64,000 nt of DNA from Kudoa neothunni (Eukaryota; Animalia; Cnidaria): assembly GCA_964304625.1 (NCBI GenBank), contig OZ199840.1:5073200-5137199 (forward strand), in the 5' to 3' direction. Shown here piece after piece: positions 14,791 to 29,000 of this stretch. Position 1 is the stretch's first letter; each line of letters begins with the position of its first letter. The translations under genes and the position numbers were made by a program. Below the pieces are notes generated by a model, which was not told the DNA's origin, did no database searches, and saw nothing but the letters and a program-made list of their open reading frames with translations.

Positions 14791-16435
14791 ATGGTAAAGT
14801 ATGTGACTCCAGAAAAACACCGGCTTGGGTCCATTTTTTTGCGCTTTTTCTTTAACGATTATCAATAACAAATCAAATGAATACTGAGTGCAAATATTGA
14901 GCTCAAATAAATTACTTTTAAATTTTTCCCCTAATTCCTATTCGACTACAGTCCGGTACACGTGTACTCCATATCATTTTTGCAATAAATACCGAAAAAT
15001 AGCTGATTACTTGCTTATTTTATCCAAATTAGTATATTATAGCCATTATTTAAATGTTCTTAATATTTAAATTCCAAATTTAGTGTAGTAGGCCTTTTAA
15101 ATATGCTTGTCAAATATTAAGAAGTAATGTGTCATCTAGCTTTATTTATAATGTCAAATTAACTTTAAAACCATTTAGTAATATCTATTAGTATTCATTT
15201 TAGTTTATAAATTTTTTATTAGTACATTATTATCAGTGCAGTCATTTTTAGACACAAATTACTTGCGAAATTGAAACTAACAATAATTATATTAATCGTA
15301 CATTGATATTTTGGGTTATAAAATCAAAGAAAGACATTAATAAAAAGTTTTCAATACGTATTTTCTTTGTCTGAAGATATTAAACTGGAGAACTTTTTAC
15401 AAATAATAAGAATATGTATATTTATATTTATATAATTATTTTTAATGCAACATAAGGCGTATAAATTAATAACCATTACAATATTAATTTATTTGGACAA
15501 AAATACTTGTTTCAATAAAATGATGTTTTTACTATTGTTAAAGTATATAATTAAGCTTTCTAATGAAATAATTTATAATTGTAATCTGCATGTTACGCTA
15601 AAATCAATCGTCGCAACAACTATCATGCTGTTAACGCGCAGTTCAAATGTTGTATAATGAATTGCACGTATGGCCAATTTTATGAAGATTTACTCGTTCA
15701 AATTTTCTTATAAATTTTAATATAGACTTTTCTAAACGATTATATATTTTATTATTGTTAATTTGTTTGTTCAACTCACGAAAATCATACTAGAGAAAAA
15801 AATACGGTTTCAAGGAACACACTAATTTCACACCTTAAGTCGTTATTCCACGATAGATAAGTAATGTTTTATAGCAATGATTGAAGATATAATCAATGTG
15901 CTTTCTCTCACAGCACGAAGTTTCTGTCATTAGTCTCCTTACATCTAATTTTCTCTTTTTCTAAAGTAAGGGTTTCAAAATCACAACAATTAGAATCACA
16001 TCTTTTTGCAGCAGCTTTAAGATAACCTTTTGTTAATAATTTGATAAAATAACCTATCATGATCATTAATTAAACAGAAAAAGTCATAGTTCCCTTTAAA
16101 CTTAAAAGTTCCATTATCGCGATTTTCACATGGAAAATAAACTCAGAAAAATTTAATATCATTTTTATTAAAACTAATGTAATATAGAAATTTCAGATAA
16201 TTTGCCAAATAACTAAATAATCAGCTATTTTTCGGTGTTTATTGCAAAACGATATGGATTACACGTATACCAGACTGTAGTCGAATAGGAAATTAGGGAA
16301 AAATTTAAAAGTAATTTATTTGAGCTCAATATTTGCACTCAGTATTCATTTGATTTGTTATTGATAATCGTTAAAGTAAAAACGTAAAAAAATGGACCTA
16401 AGCTGATGTTTTCTGGAGTCACGTAACTTTACCAT
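14791..16435. mobile_element. Non-autonomous DNA transposon with ~230 bp terminal inverted repeats (possibly Merlin-derived)
   Basis: 14791-~15025 is the imperfect reverse complement of ~16205-16435 (ATGGTAAAGT..GTGACTCCAGAAAA ... TTTTCTGGAGTCAC..ACTTTACCAT). No intact ORF inside and no clear TSD. Confidence 0.85.
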
Positions 16436-16721
16436 AACCTCTTGAAGTGAAATTCACTTCAGATTTTTGTTAAGTCAATTTAAACAAAAAATTGTGATAA
16501 ATTTATGCGTGAAACAATATAGGAATAAGTCACTAATTCTTCGGTAACGCACAAAACAATATGCAGCTACGAGGCATTTTATTTTAACTTCTAACTTAAT
16601 TTATTTTTTCAATATAATATGCTAAAATAAATTCATTTGAACAATAAACACATTTTTGGATGAAAAATTAAGTGAAAATTATGCTGGTGTGAATTTCACT
16701 CCAAAATCTTTGGAGGGTTAA
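16434..16721. mobile_element. ~290 bp piggyBac-type MITE
   Basis: ATAA-CCTC... / ...GAGGG-TTAA ends; subterminal inverted motif GAAGTGAAATTCACTTCAG vs CTGGTGTGAATTTCACTCC. Confidence 0.55.
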
Positions 16722-18173
16722 TGAACGCAGTATAGGCTAAACAAACACATTAAAGGTTAAAACTATAAACTGTAAACATCTCGCAAGGCAGTTGATCCGA
16801 AGAAATAATAAAACGTGTTTGACGTCTTACTATTTAAATAAACTAATACATGATGTGAGCGGTGGTGCTGTGAGTCAACCATACCATACCTTGAGCGTCA
16901 GAAAAATAGATCAAACATCCTTACTGAGGTTATGAAAATGATGAAGACGATTCAATTGACGATAATACTTAAAAAACGCGTTTAAAATAAAAATTTTCGT
17001 TATTTTAATAATATTATTGTGGTTTTTTTGCCAAAGCTTAGGGTTTTTAAGAGTTCAACCTTGCGTTTATTCCGATAGTCTCATGGTAGGTCCAATTTCA
17101 CGCACTTGCGGACGCGATTGTTTCAGAAAAAATCAGCATTTAATAATGAGTAAATTGCGTATATAAAGACTAGTTAACTATATATTAATTTTTAAACGGT
17201 AAATAAAACTCGAGAAACGTGTTAACACCACGAAAATATTTTTCAACGATCAATGAAATATTCTTCTTGTTGCTTTCAGTAGAATAAGGCAATTTAGTCT
17301 ATATTGTAAATATAATTTTCAGAGTATCTTTAAAAAAAGTTCTGATTTGATTGGTCCACCCTAAAGTAGTTTTAGGTGCAGCACCAGCAGATTAGCTAAT
17401 GAAATTTGATTTTTGAATGTTGCACATTTTTAAAACAACAAAACCCACAACGAATTGCACACGAAGATATACCTTTTGTGTTGGCCAATCGATTTCTCTT
17501 GATGATTATCGTGTCCTCCCAATCCACTCATATATATCTTTATCAACAGAATAAAATTTTCCTGCATGGAAAAAATATTAATATTATACACGAGAATTAG
17601 TTATAATGGAAATTTAAATAATTGCGGGGTTAATTTTAAACATAGTAATTTATAAATGACATGGTAAGATGTTATATAATTAGGTAAAAGAATTAACCAT
17701 TTTATACCGTTTTGGTGATCACAAAACCGAATAAATTATGCTAAAAATTTAATTGTGAAAACAAAAAACAATATAATTTATTTAGCCAAAATATACAATT
17801 ATTATAAGTTTGCTATTTTATGCGACAATTGAAAATAATCTTACTTAAGATAAATTATTATAAATAAATCATAATCATTGAATCTAAAGTACATACGACA
17901 ACATTAGAATATCCTTTAAACAAGAATTTATATATATTTAAAACTACAACATTATTAAATGGGATTATTTTCGTACATCTTATTATATTTCTAATTATCC
18001 CAAGTTATTATTATTTGATATGATTATTTGTATACATAATTTGTATTTAAAAACTTTTCATATTAATTTTTAAATTATAAACTATATTTTGTTCGAAAAT
18101 AAAGTAAGGAAAAAACGGCAGTGTTTGGGAAATAAATCAAAACAATTTTGTAAAATTAACAAAATGACACGAT

Positions 18174-19178
18174 TTAACACAAGGATTTGTTGAACTCTAC
18201 AAATTGATAGTATTGGTTAATCAATTTATTGATTTTGTGTACGCTAAAATTTTGTATGTTTCGTGAGATAAGGTCATGTATTAAGTCGTATTTTAGTTCC
18301 TGGTTATTCCAAGACATAATTATGCACATGGAAGATAATAATTTGAATATTTCACTTGTTTTCTAATGTGATAAAAATGGTATTTTTTATGTTTTGTTGG
18401 GATTCTGACAGCCGGTATTTGGGATTCCTCACAGAAGCCAACATAAAAACACTGGTTTTCAGCTTGATACAAGCATAGATGCGTATTCTGGAATTTCAGA
18501 GAAATTATGTTTGATGTTTTAATTATTATTTAGGAATTTTCGTAAATTAATTAATTATATGAGTTTAGAAAATGATTGATTAAAAAATATATATACTTTT
18601 TCTTCATACTCCATGCAATGTATGTAAAATACTATCTATTTGCATAAAAAAATAATAAAGTAAATTGAATTTACTATGCAAGGGGAACACGTGGATTGAT
18701 GATGAAAATACAAAACTACCGAAAATAAATAGAGTCACATATATTATTATTATTATTAGTTTTGTAAAATATAGTAGCGATTACTTATATTATAATCACA
18801 TTGTACGTATATCAAACATAGCACATGAATATTTGGATATTTATTTATGAATTCGTCCATATCCATCCATGCTTCAAACGTAATCTTTTGCTATAGGACA
18901 TTAAAAAAAATTGAAAATAAAATTACTTTATTGACTTCTTCAAAAGATTTCAACGACGAAATTTTAATTAATGATTGTCCAAGTGAATATCTTGCTGAAG
19001 TTCTTAGAAAAACCTAATAGAATTTATCAACGAATCCATACAATATATACGTATTTGTGCCCCATAACGTAACAAAAAACGTATAAGTTAATTGCTAAAT
19101 AATATAAAAAAATTAAAATATCATATCATATTAAGATGTACTTATAAATCTCCCTAAAAATAAAAGGAACGCGCTCAT
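18174..19178 (-). CDS. G4: putative secreted Cys-rich protein of the 8-exon family (closest to G2)
   Basis: Spliced: MSAFLLFLGRFI|TINLYVFCYVMGHKY|VFLRTSARYSLGQSLIKISSLKSFEEVNK|QKITFEAWMDMDEFINKYPNIHVLCLIYVQCDYNI|ILYFHHQSTCSPCI|IVFYIHCMEYEEK|NTHLCLYQAENQCFYVGFCEESQIPAVRIPTKHKKYHFYHIRKQ|ELKYDLIHDLISRNIQNFSVHKINKLINQYYQFVEFNKSLC*. The last intron reads as phase 0, unlike the paralogs. Confidence 0.88.
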
Positions 19179-20480
19179 AAATTTATCTTTATGATTTTTA
19201 CTAACAATGAAAATTCTTTAATAAATATATGCCCAATGTATATTTATTTTAGTGGATAATTAATCTTACAATTTTTATAAAGACTTTATATCTAATCAAT
19301 TCTCTATATTATTGAAACATTTATATTGATTAATATTTATTAACATATTAACATAATGGAAAATCTGCTTAAAAAATATTTATTGGAAAATATTTATATA
19401 ATTTACGAGACTTTTATTTTTACTAATTTATATAATTAAGTAAATCATACTAATTTAAATAAATAAACTATTAATATCTTTAAAACTTATCTGCATTACA
19501 ATCTAATCGTTAAATATACAGAAACATTGTAAAAACCTTCATTATAATCAACATTACTTAAGTTTATGTTTTTTGTAAAGTAATAATTAGATATATTCAG
19601 TGTTAAGTGAAAACACAAATTAATAATACACTTGTCGACCGATTTTAAACGTTTCTTTCATGTTCTGGAAGTGATTGGACCAAATGTACAGTCTACTGTA
19701 AACCATTTAATAAAAATTAAATTTTTTACAGATATATCAGACAAAATTTACATAATTTAAAATTTTTAATGATTACAACATCCGATACCCATTCCTCTCA
19801 ACAACGTGTCATAAAGTTATTACTCTCATGGATCAGTGATTCTTCAATCTGTAACACAGAAATAACCCCTATTATTTGATGAAGAATTTCTATTATTCGG
19901 CGAGTATTTATTCCGTAAAATACTGAAAACTGTTATAACTGATGTATGAGTACAAACATCAGTTATAATAATAGTGAGAGTTATTTTGATTTTATGTGAA
20001 TAACAGTTTAATAATTTATCAATTGTATGTTCTTGAATATGGGAATAAATTTAATATGACACACCGATGAGGGTAGTTTATTTCATGCTTACTACACAGG
20101 TAATAATCAATTCCAGACATCTATGTTTAAAAATAAAACTAAAAGAATCTAATAAAATTTATTTCTTGGCTATTTTTGAATCATGGACGATCCAAGATCC
20201 AAAAACTTAATAATAATAATATTATCCTTTCTCAATGATATTATCCTTCGTTTAAAATGATAGAATAATTCTTAAACTATTGTTTTCTACGTTATTCGGA
20301 TAGATAATGTAATAATTTTGTTATTGAATTACATTATTTTTTCACAATTATGTTTGAATAAAACAAGTTTAATATAACCTAACATTAATAAAACTAAGGA
20401 ATCAGGCAATGATGTGATAATATGAAATATATTTAGTTATATAATTTCAGTTATAAAGCAATTAGAACATAAATAATTGT

Positions 20481-22830
20481 TTAATCCATTCCGGGCCCCG
20501 TACTTAAATTTTCAAAAAGTTAAAAATATATGCTGAAATGGGATTTTAATAATGAATCTAAATTATTATTGATTAAAAATTATATTTTCATAGGAAAATG
20601 TAAGGATTACCGAGGGGACAAAAAGGGAACGAAAACGCACCGACGTGAGAATTTTTTATTAAACGTTGTGTCAAAGAATGCGCGAAAAATAAACGGTTTT
20701 ATATCGATTAGAGTGAAAACTACTGTTGATTATGAAAAGTTATCAAACTTTAAGATTGAATATAATTTTGGCAACTTTGACAAAAATAGATAATCTTCCT
20801 TTTGCGTACAACGCAACTTCGACTTCTCTTCTCGGTATTAGTTCTCATCATAGGTCGACTACATAATGACACAGCATGAATCTATGCGATGGATGATGGT
20901 AGAATTAATTTTAAAAATAATTTATACTATCAAATTGGCTACAATTTATCCAATGTGATTTAAAAGATTGTTTTTCTTGTAAAAAATAAGCATTCCTCAA
21001 GAATTAACTGCTGTCAGCAATATTATACTGGTAAAATGAGGTCACAACCATTTAAGAGCGATTTCTTATTTTGTTACAGCGGAACAAATTCTCTACATTA
21101 TCAGAACCACATATATCCTTGTTGTACATATAAAAGTTGGGACTGTTTGATCGACATTGCGCTCTTTTGCCCTACCATAACTTGTTACATGTAGAATTGG
21201 TTTAACAATAAGTGAAATGCTAAGAAAAGTAATAGACCCCATACCATTCCAATAAATATAATTAACTTCAATTTAGCAATCTAACAAATATTTATAGTAA
21301 CCTTGGTAGATTTTCCTCATTAATTTCTGAATCGACGTTGGATAGCTCGACGTTCAGTTCATTCATAATGAACGGGTAACATTAACATTTCAGTTCAATT
21401 CAGCCAATTATTTGCATAAGTTGAAAAAATTGTAAAATTATGCATGACATATCTCTATCCGTTGGCTCATCGACGAAATTTAACATGACACTTCCACCTT
21501 GGTCAAAATTCTTAATGTATATTTCTGCCTCATCTGTATAAACATTGAAAATATAAATATCCCCATTAGAAGAAGCTAAACCTCAATGTTTAAAAACGAA
21601 ACGATCGGGATATCCCTCATATACGTTTTTCAAGAATGATGACCAATATATGGGAGCATCTGTTCATCACCCATTAAGATGTGAAAATTTTTAAATTTAT
21701 TGAAATTTTAGTCGATCATCTAATTATTAACCTAGTCTTGAACATTTTAGCTACCTTACAAAGCTCAAAATTAATATTAATATTCAAGTGAATGTATCCT
21801 TTTATCAATTGGAATATTTAATAATTCATAGATTTTGATACAATTTCAACCACAGAATCCATCGAGGGTTCTTCATACAAATACTGCCGAGATAGTCGAT
21901 TGTATCTGGATAATAGTAAAATAACGATAAAAGATTTAAATTATTTTATGGTTAAGTGAAAATTTAATTATTTGTGTGGCATAAATATTCTTTCTTTAAC
22001 AATATTAAAACAAGAATTTTATCGAAAAATTTTCACAATCCTTCCTAAGATTCATACCTACTTGTTGAGCCATCCTATATAATGCCACATTTATTTTGAT
22101 TAACTGTTTGGCAATCGGTGGCGTTTACAAATGAACCTTTAGATTGGGATATTTTACACTACGTGGCACGATAATTAGCATTAATGATTCATTTTTAATT
22201 TATGACAAAGTTTCTACTTTACCGCATATTGCTAGACGGTTCCAATGTCAATGGTGTCATAAGCTCTTGAAACAAAGGGGTCTTCTTCATCAGTCAAAAT
22301 ACCAATATTATCTTAAGCCTTGAAGTGACGTTCAAAACTCAACTGTGTTTAGAATATCAACAATTTTTAACAATCACTATCAGAATCAATTATGTTTTCG
22401 TATGTCGTTGTGAATGTGGAAGCATTATGCCATGTAACTGATTCATTGGAATTTAGCACGTCGGTGGGTTTTCGTCACTTTTTCATCACTGTACTATATT
22501 GCTTATATTTCTTGACTCTTGTAACTGTTAGAACTATTTTGAAAAAATGTTAATTCGTTACCCATCTAAAATTATAATTTAGCATGAGAATTTTAAATTT
22601 GTTGTTACTACGAAATTACTGTTCTATTACTGCCTCAATATACCATAATAATTATGGTATACTGAATCTCAAAAGATGTAAATTCATAATTGAAATTTAA
22701 CATGTAATTAAATTTAAAATGAATTAATACATGATATATTATAATGTAATACTCACTGGCGAATTATTAAAATTCGTAAAGAAGCAACTATGAGGGGCCG
22801 AAAAAAGAACGAAAACCCGGAATAGGTTAA
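20481..22830 (-). mobile_element. Decayed piggyBac element (PGBD2/3-like transposase remnant)
   Basis: TTAA-TCCATTCCGGG ... CCCGGAATAGG-TTAA ends; subterminal direct repeat GAGGGG..AAAAA.GAACGAAAAC at ~20612 and ~22792. Minus-strand fragments QGGSVMLNFV and MYNKDICGSDNVENLFRCNKIRNRS (YN-MGGVD...IRSKKW-like). Confidence 0.8.
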
Positions 22831-22945
22831 ATCGAATAATTCAAGATTTATTAGAATTGTAGGAAACGAGAAATTTGCTTAGTCATCCCAATTATAAACG
22901 CTAATAATTAAACTGATTTTCGCTGAAAATGCAAAATATTTGACA

Positions 22946-25293
22946 TTAACCCGTTCGTAATCAAATTTTTTATTTTATTTCACGATTTTTTTTAATATAT
23001 TACAGGCACTCAATATCCTGTATTTAATGATTTTATTGTGATACAATCTAATTAGACGTATAAATTCGGTTGATTTTAATGTGAGTACCGAGGTGGACAT
23101 TTGACATTGGTGGTAAAACAACGATTTAGAGCATTGAATTGCGCACAAAAACAAACGAAATAAACTTTAAAATTTCTTAGATATTTGGAATATGATAACT
23201 TAAAAATCAGTCTCAATCATTCACAATACAACAAAAGGAATAATATTTAATGCATTTAAATCGAGTTTTTCGTTGGCATATTCCACATCTGTATTTAATT
23301 GACACTATTTCAGGAAAATGCCTACGTTATCCGGTCGAATATGATTACTGAGAGGAAGCGTTCTTATTTTAGATCATTCATATTTATCATCAATTTTTTC
23401 CGAGGAATTATTAAGAAACGGTCTATCACGTTTTTTGGGGATCACTTGCTCTTTGGTAATAACGAAGACTTTCACTTATTTTCAATGAAAAATTCGTCAA
23501 GTCTAGTATATCCCTCTTAGGAAATTTTCGAATCGTACAATTTCGTATATGTAATAACCACGCATTTATAAAACATGTATTAAGGGACCAGAAGAAAATT
23601 CGCATGTAAGATTTCTTACGTTTAAGTTTCATTACGCAGAGCGATATCAACATATCTCAAAGATCCATTCCTCCCATATTTTGGTTATATTCAGCTACTA
23701 CTGCAGGTCATGGAATGTCAATCATGACTTTTTTTAAGCGTTCAAATCTTTTTGTCATTTTAAACGGTCAATTTTGAAGAATGGGTTGATGAAGGAGCTA
23801 CGAGTATTCCATCAAACCTACGCGTTATATAAATATTATTATTAAAGTCGTGCACACTTGCCAATGCTCTTCGTCCCAGGGTTTTTAAATCGGTCCCATT
23901 CTGTAATGGATATCCCTATACGTTATTCTTGCGAATGGTTACCACAGAATAAGTGCTCCTTTGTTTTAATAGAATTTGAAGGGTAATGGATGTAAACCAG
24001 TTGTCTAAGTAGATAAAATAAGTTATGAACAAGGGTAAACTCTCGCACAACTTTATAACAAAGTCATTGAATACTAGACCACAACTTTTGACCACATCAG
24101 GTTTTTTCCCATCGGACAGATAAAACTCATGCACGAGCCCCTTAACTCCACACCTCGCGAACATTTTGAATCACTATTTCGTCGGTTTCTTTGGAACAGA
24201 TTATTTCGCTTTACACCTACCTTTGAATGGAATAATTTTCTCGTCAACTGAATTCTTTCGTTCACATTCAACTTTCAAACAATTTGTTCTTATAGAATCC
24301 AAAACCGGTCGAATCTTTGCAAATTTATCATAATCTGAAGAATTCGGATATGTGATAATTTTTGAATTATCAATGAAGTGTAAATATTCTGAAATATTTT
24401 CGAAGTGGGTTCTCGATATAAACTCAGAAACAGGTGGATAATTTAAAGTTTTAGACCAATCGCAACGATATCTTGGAATTTTGACAATTCCCATGATAAT
24501 CAACGTTCCTATAAATTTTTTTATATCTTCTCTAACATCTCGAAAACTAGAATTTTGCTTAACCGAATATAAATTTGTTTGTTCAATAATTAACAGAATC
24601 CGGTGTTTATTGAAAGAGAAGTTGAAATAACCTATCTGTAAAACGAGATCGGTAACTTCACAAACAACAATATCATTCTTCTCCAAATTATTTGGCTTAT
24701 ATCCAAAGGTTTCACTTATATTCCACTTAATGGTTGGTACAACTTCCTCTTAGGAACAATCTGAATCTGGATTATTTTCAGTGTACACCTCAAGCATCCT
24801 TCGTTCTAGATTTTGTGTCCCAAAATCTTCAACGTATTCTTCTGGATCAGAAATATCGGCGTCAGGAGATATCACAATTCCAGTTGTCGTATTTCTCCTG
24901 TTTGAACATTTAAAAACAAACTCGTGATTCCTGGGTTCGAAAGCCGGAGATCCACGTATGCCAAATGCCCATCCTAGTACCCACATGTTGATTAGTCATT
25001 ATCTTTTGATAGGTTGCTATATATCTTATAAAATATAACTCATTGAACCACATTTTAACGTTTCGTAATTTGAATTTCTTATATTCCCTGTTAATTTTTT
25101 GTAAGAATTACTATTAAACATATTATAAATGTTAGATCTCTTAGTTTACATAATCGGACATTACTGATAAAAAACATTTAACTTTTAAAAAATGTAATAA
25201 TTCAACAAATTATAGAAATAAATATAACGTGCATGTTTTTGGGATGTTTAATTTTTTAGGTATTAGGGTGGACATTTGGCATGAAAGGGTTAA
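22946..25293 (-). mobile_element. Decayed piggyBac element with frameshifted PGBD3-like transposase
   Basis: TTAA-CCCGTTC ... GAAAGGG-TTAA ends; GGTGGACATTTG repeat near both ends. ORF fragments 24201-24686 (EQTNLY, SVDEKIIPFKGR), 23916-24164 (IYLDNWFTS) and 23426-23653 (INAWLL). Confidence 0.92.
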
Positions 25294-26085
25294 TAAATTA
25301 TTATATTCCTTACTTAAATTAGAAGAAATTTTTTCTTATTATCCCCCAAAAATATTTATTTTAATATTTAATAAACATAAAATAATTGAACGAACTTATC
25401 ATTGGATAACCATCTAGGGGGCTTGGAGTCTTTAGACCACAAAAGGATTTTAATTTGTTCATAGAATATTTAATAATTATCTGATAAACTTAAAATTTCG
25501 CATATACTTCTAAAATATTTTGGTAAATGGAGAAACAAAAAATTTGATGCGGAACATTGATTATATCATATCAAACGAAATTTCTTTCCACCATGGGGCT
25601 GAGGTAAAAAAGACCCTAAAATTTTGTTGGTTCAATGAATACCGAAAATGATTACGACACGATGTGGAAGGTTTTGCAAAATTCTGCTCAAAGAATATAG
25701 AGGAATTGAGTAATTATTAACCGTGGTAATCCACAATAATCCGATTATTCTGCGGTGTCATATATCTCGTAAGTCGTCGTTTCAACAATTATTATAACGC
25801 CAGTGTTTACTACCAAAAACATACAAAATTATTCATGTTTCTAGCATTTCTAACTATAACTATCGTATGATAAATAAGCTTTTGATAATTTAAATGAAAA
25901 ATCGCGGAACAATGACAACTTTCACCAATGAGAGATTATAGTTCGTTTGACAATTAATCCTCCAATTATAAATTGGAATTGTGTGATATTTATTAAACAA
26001 TTTATAGTAGGAATGCCTGATTTACGTTAAAAATTTATTTTTGATTTTAACGTTAAGCAGTTGCTACAACTGAATACCCAATGTA

Positions 26086-29000
26086 TGTACTAAATATGAA
26101 ATTCTCATTCTATTAATTCCCGCATTTAATATTAAGTTATCGCTAGGGAGACATTGTGGCAACGTATAGAAATCAGTTTCCACATTTAAATTTTAGAATA
26201 CATAAAGGATGCTTTACTCAATTGGGTGTTAAGGCATGTAAAAATGATTACGAGGGACCAGGAGATACATATAGATTTCAACAACTATCGTATATGTCTG
26301 AAAGGTAATATTAAATGTAAATTCAAGCTGGATCAAAACTATAAAATAAACAAAAATAAATTATTTATCATGGTCGGAATAGATCGCTGCGACTGTTTTT
26401 GATTACAGTATCAATTCTGCATTTTTACCACACTTAATGCGTTTAATAGAATTTATATTTTATTTTTCATTAAGGATATTGTTTGTCGTTATTTCAAACG
26501 AAGCTAAACATACAAAACGTTCTAATCACGAGTCATAACGAATAATACTTAATCTCACCGAAGCAGATCATCGAGGATTAATTATGCAGTAATTAATTGT
26601 TTTCTCAATATTTATTAGGCAGAATACCCCCATATTTTTCACATAACTTTATAATAATTATATGAATACAATAAAAGAATAAAAGTCTGGGGTCATTTTT
26701 ACCCCAAAGCCCGTTGCGTTGGAGGGTGGTTTTATTTTCATTTGTTAGAGAGTTAATATTACTAATTATTTCATAATTATGAGGAATTAAATATTTTAGT
26801 AAAGAATATTATATTTGATGTATCTTTAAAAACTGAATTAATCGATATCAATAAAAATCGTGAGAATGTTCATTTTATCGCATACAAATGTATTAATTTT
26901 ATCACTAAAATGTTTCTTGATTCATATAAATTTATATAAAATATTTCAAATACGCTGAAATATCATTTTTAACTGTCATTGTTAAAGAAATCAGATAAAC
27001 TTTGTATTAATTAACTGATATTGTATATTATTGTTCGTATGTTCATTGTATTTCTGAGAATCTCAAGTGATAATTTATGCGAATAATTACTTAGGAGATA
27101 TTTTATGTATTGAATTAACCCATTTAGTTAGCAAATTGCGCATTCGAATAAACAAAATTAAGGATTTTTTGTAATATTTTTTATTAAAAGTAAGTTAACA
27201 ATGAAATTTTACATATAATATAGTGAATTAAAATAATGATGACTGGATAAAAGTTATCAGTGTTTAAAGCTTATTAACGCATTGTGATTTACTATAAAAG
27301 AATTTTCATTTTATCTCGAATAGAATAATTATATCAAATAATAAATATTTAAGGTTATTTTAAATAAATAGTTATATCTTATCGATTTAAACAATACTTT
27401 TGAAAAAAAACTTGTAATTTTTAAGAAATTTAATGACCTAAATTTTTCTCATATTATATAAAATGTTATAAAAATTTTCATTAAAAAATCATTGTTTTAT
27501 ACATATGAAATTAAATATAACGATTTTGGTTGTCGTCAATTTAAAAGTTTATGATATCGAGTGTTTAACCTTTTTTATACAAAATCCATGAATCATTGAT
27601 TATAAAATATATTTGTTTAATTTTAGTAATGATAAATTTTATGAGAATATATATTTGTGTATTATTAAAAAAAAATTAGAAATATTATTTAATACAAATC
27701 TTAAACTCCTTTGAAATTATTACAACTTATCAACATTATAATAACGATAAAAGATACGACAAACACTATTTAGGAGCGAGTAAATCGCAATTCATAGTTA
27801 GTTTATATAGTAGATAAATGATGGTTTATCCGAATCTCCAATGTTGGGCGTTAATATGTAAATTAATTGTGATATAATTATTTCATCTTAAATCAAACAT
27901 TTCATAGTCATTCTTTGTAATGTTTTTTGCAATACTCTCCCTGAAGAAAAGGTTTGGATTTTTGTGAATATCCATTATTATGGATTATAGTTTGAGCTGT
28001 CCCCAAATGCGAGAAAGGTTGTAGAAAATGTTGTGGATTACTTCGAAACACCAGATAATGATATCCATATAAGGGTAGGTTAATAATAATAATAATAATA
28101 TTTCTCTAATTTTTATAAGATTATAGCTTCAATCTATCGAGAACATCCAGATGACTTAATCAATGCATTGTTCTCAAATGAAGTGGCTTACAGAAAATTC
28201 GCTTGTCCTCAATTGTTTATGTGTCACGATAATTATGGTAACACACAAATGTATTTCAAAATAAATCTTTAAATTTAGTGGACATGATGATTCCTCCAGA
28301 GAAATGTATTCCATGTTTAGTATATTTATTAGTTATTTTAAATGGCCGGTAATATCCAAAAATAGGCGATCCAAATAGAAACAATAAAGCATAAATATGT
28401 ATAATTACACAATAATAGGAATTATAACATAAAAGTTTACATTTTTATCACAAAATAAATCCAAAATATTTCTAATTTTTTTTCACAATTAAAAACTTAG
28501 CCGCAAACACTTTGGGCAACATTCGCCTCACGTACATGCAGGGATATGTCATGGTGTACCTATGAACAAACAAAATGGGTTTTTTGGCCTTATAATGGTA
28601 TATAATATTTGAATTTGTATATTAAAAATGATATGGAAATACGAGAGTTTATTATTATTTTATTAATTATTTAAAATTAAATTATAGATAGTGCAACTGG
28701 TGTCACAAATACATAAGAAACAAATCAAGCTATTACACCTGCTCTTAAGAACTGTTTCAATGACCTTGAAGTCTCGAATGTGGTTATTAATTACGATGAT
28801 TATTTGATTTTAGTAGAAAAAATATAAAGAATTTCAGAATATCTATAATTTTTTGGATTTATAGAATTTTTTCAGAAATAAAAATACAAAAATTTAATTA
28901 GAATGATATCTTATAATGATTCGATTTTAAAAACAAGTATTAAAAATAAATATGATTTTTAGACGCATAATTTTATTATTTTAATACTTCAAATGATAAA

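Noticed and set aside
18200-18480. Apparent plus-strand mini-exon gene with GT/AG signals
   Set aside because: All three frames of the candidate exon contain stops; the region is exons 7-8 of G4 on the minus strand.
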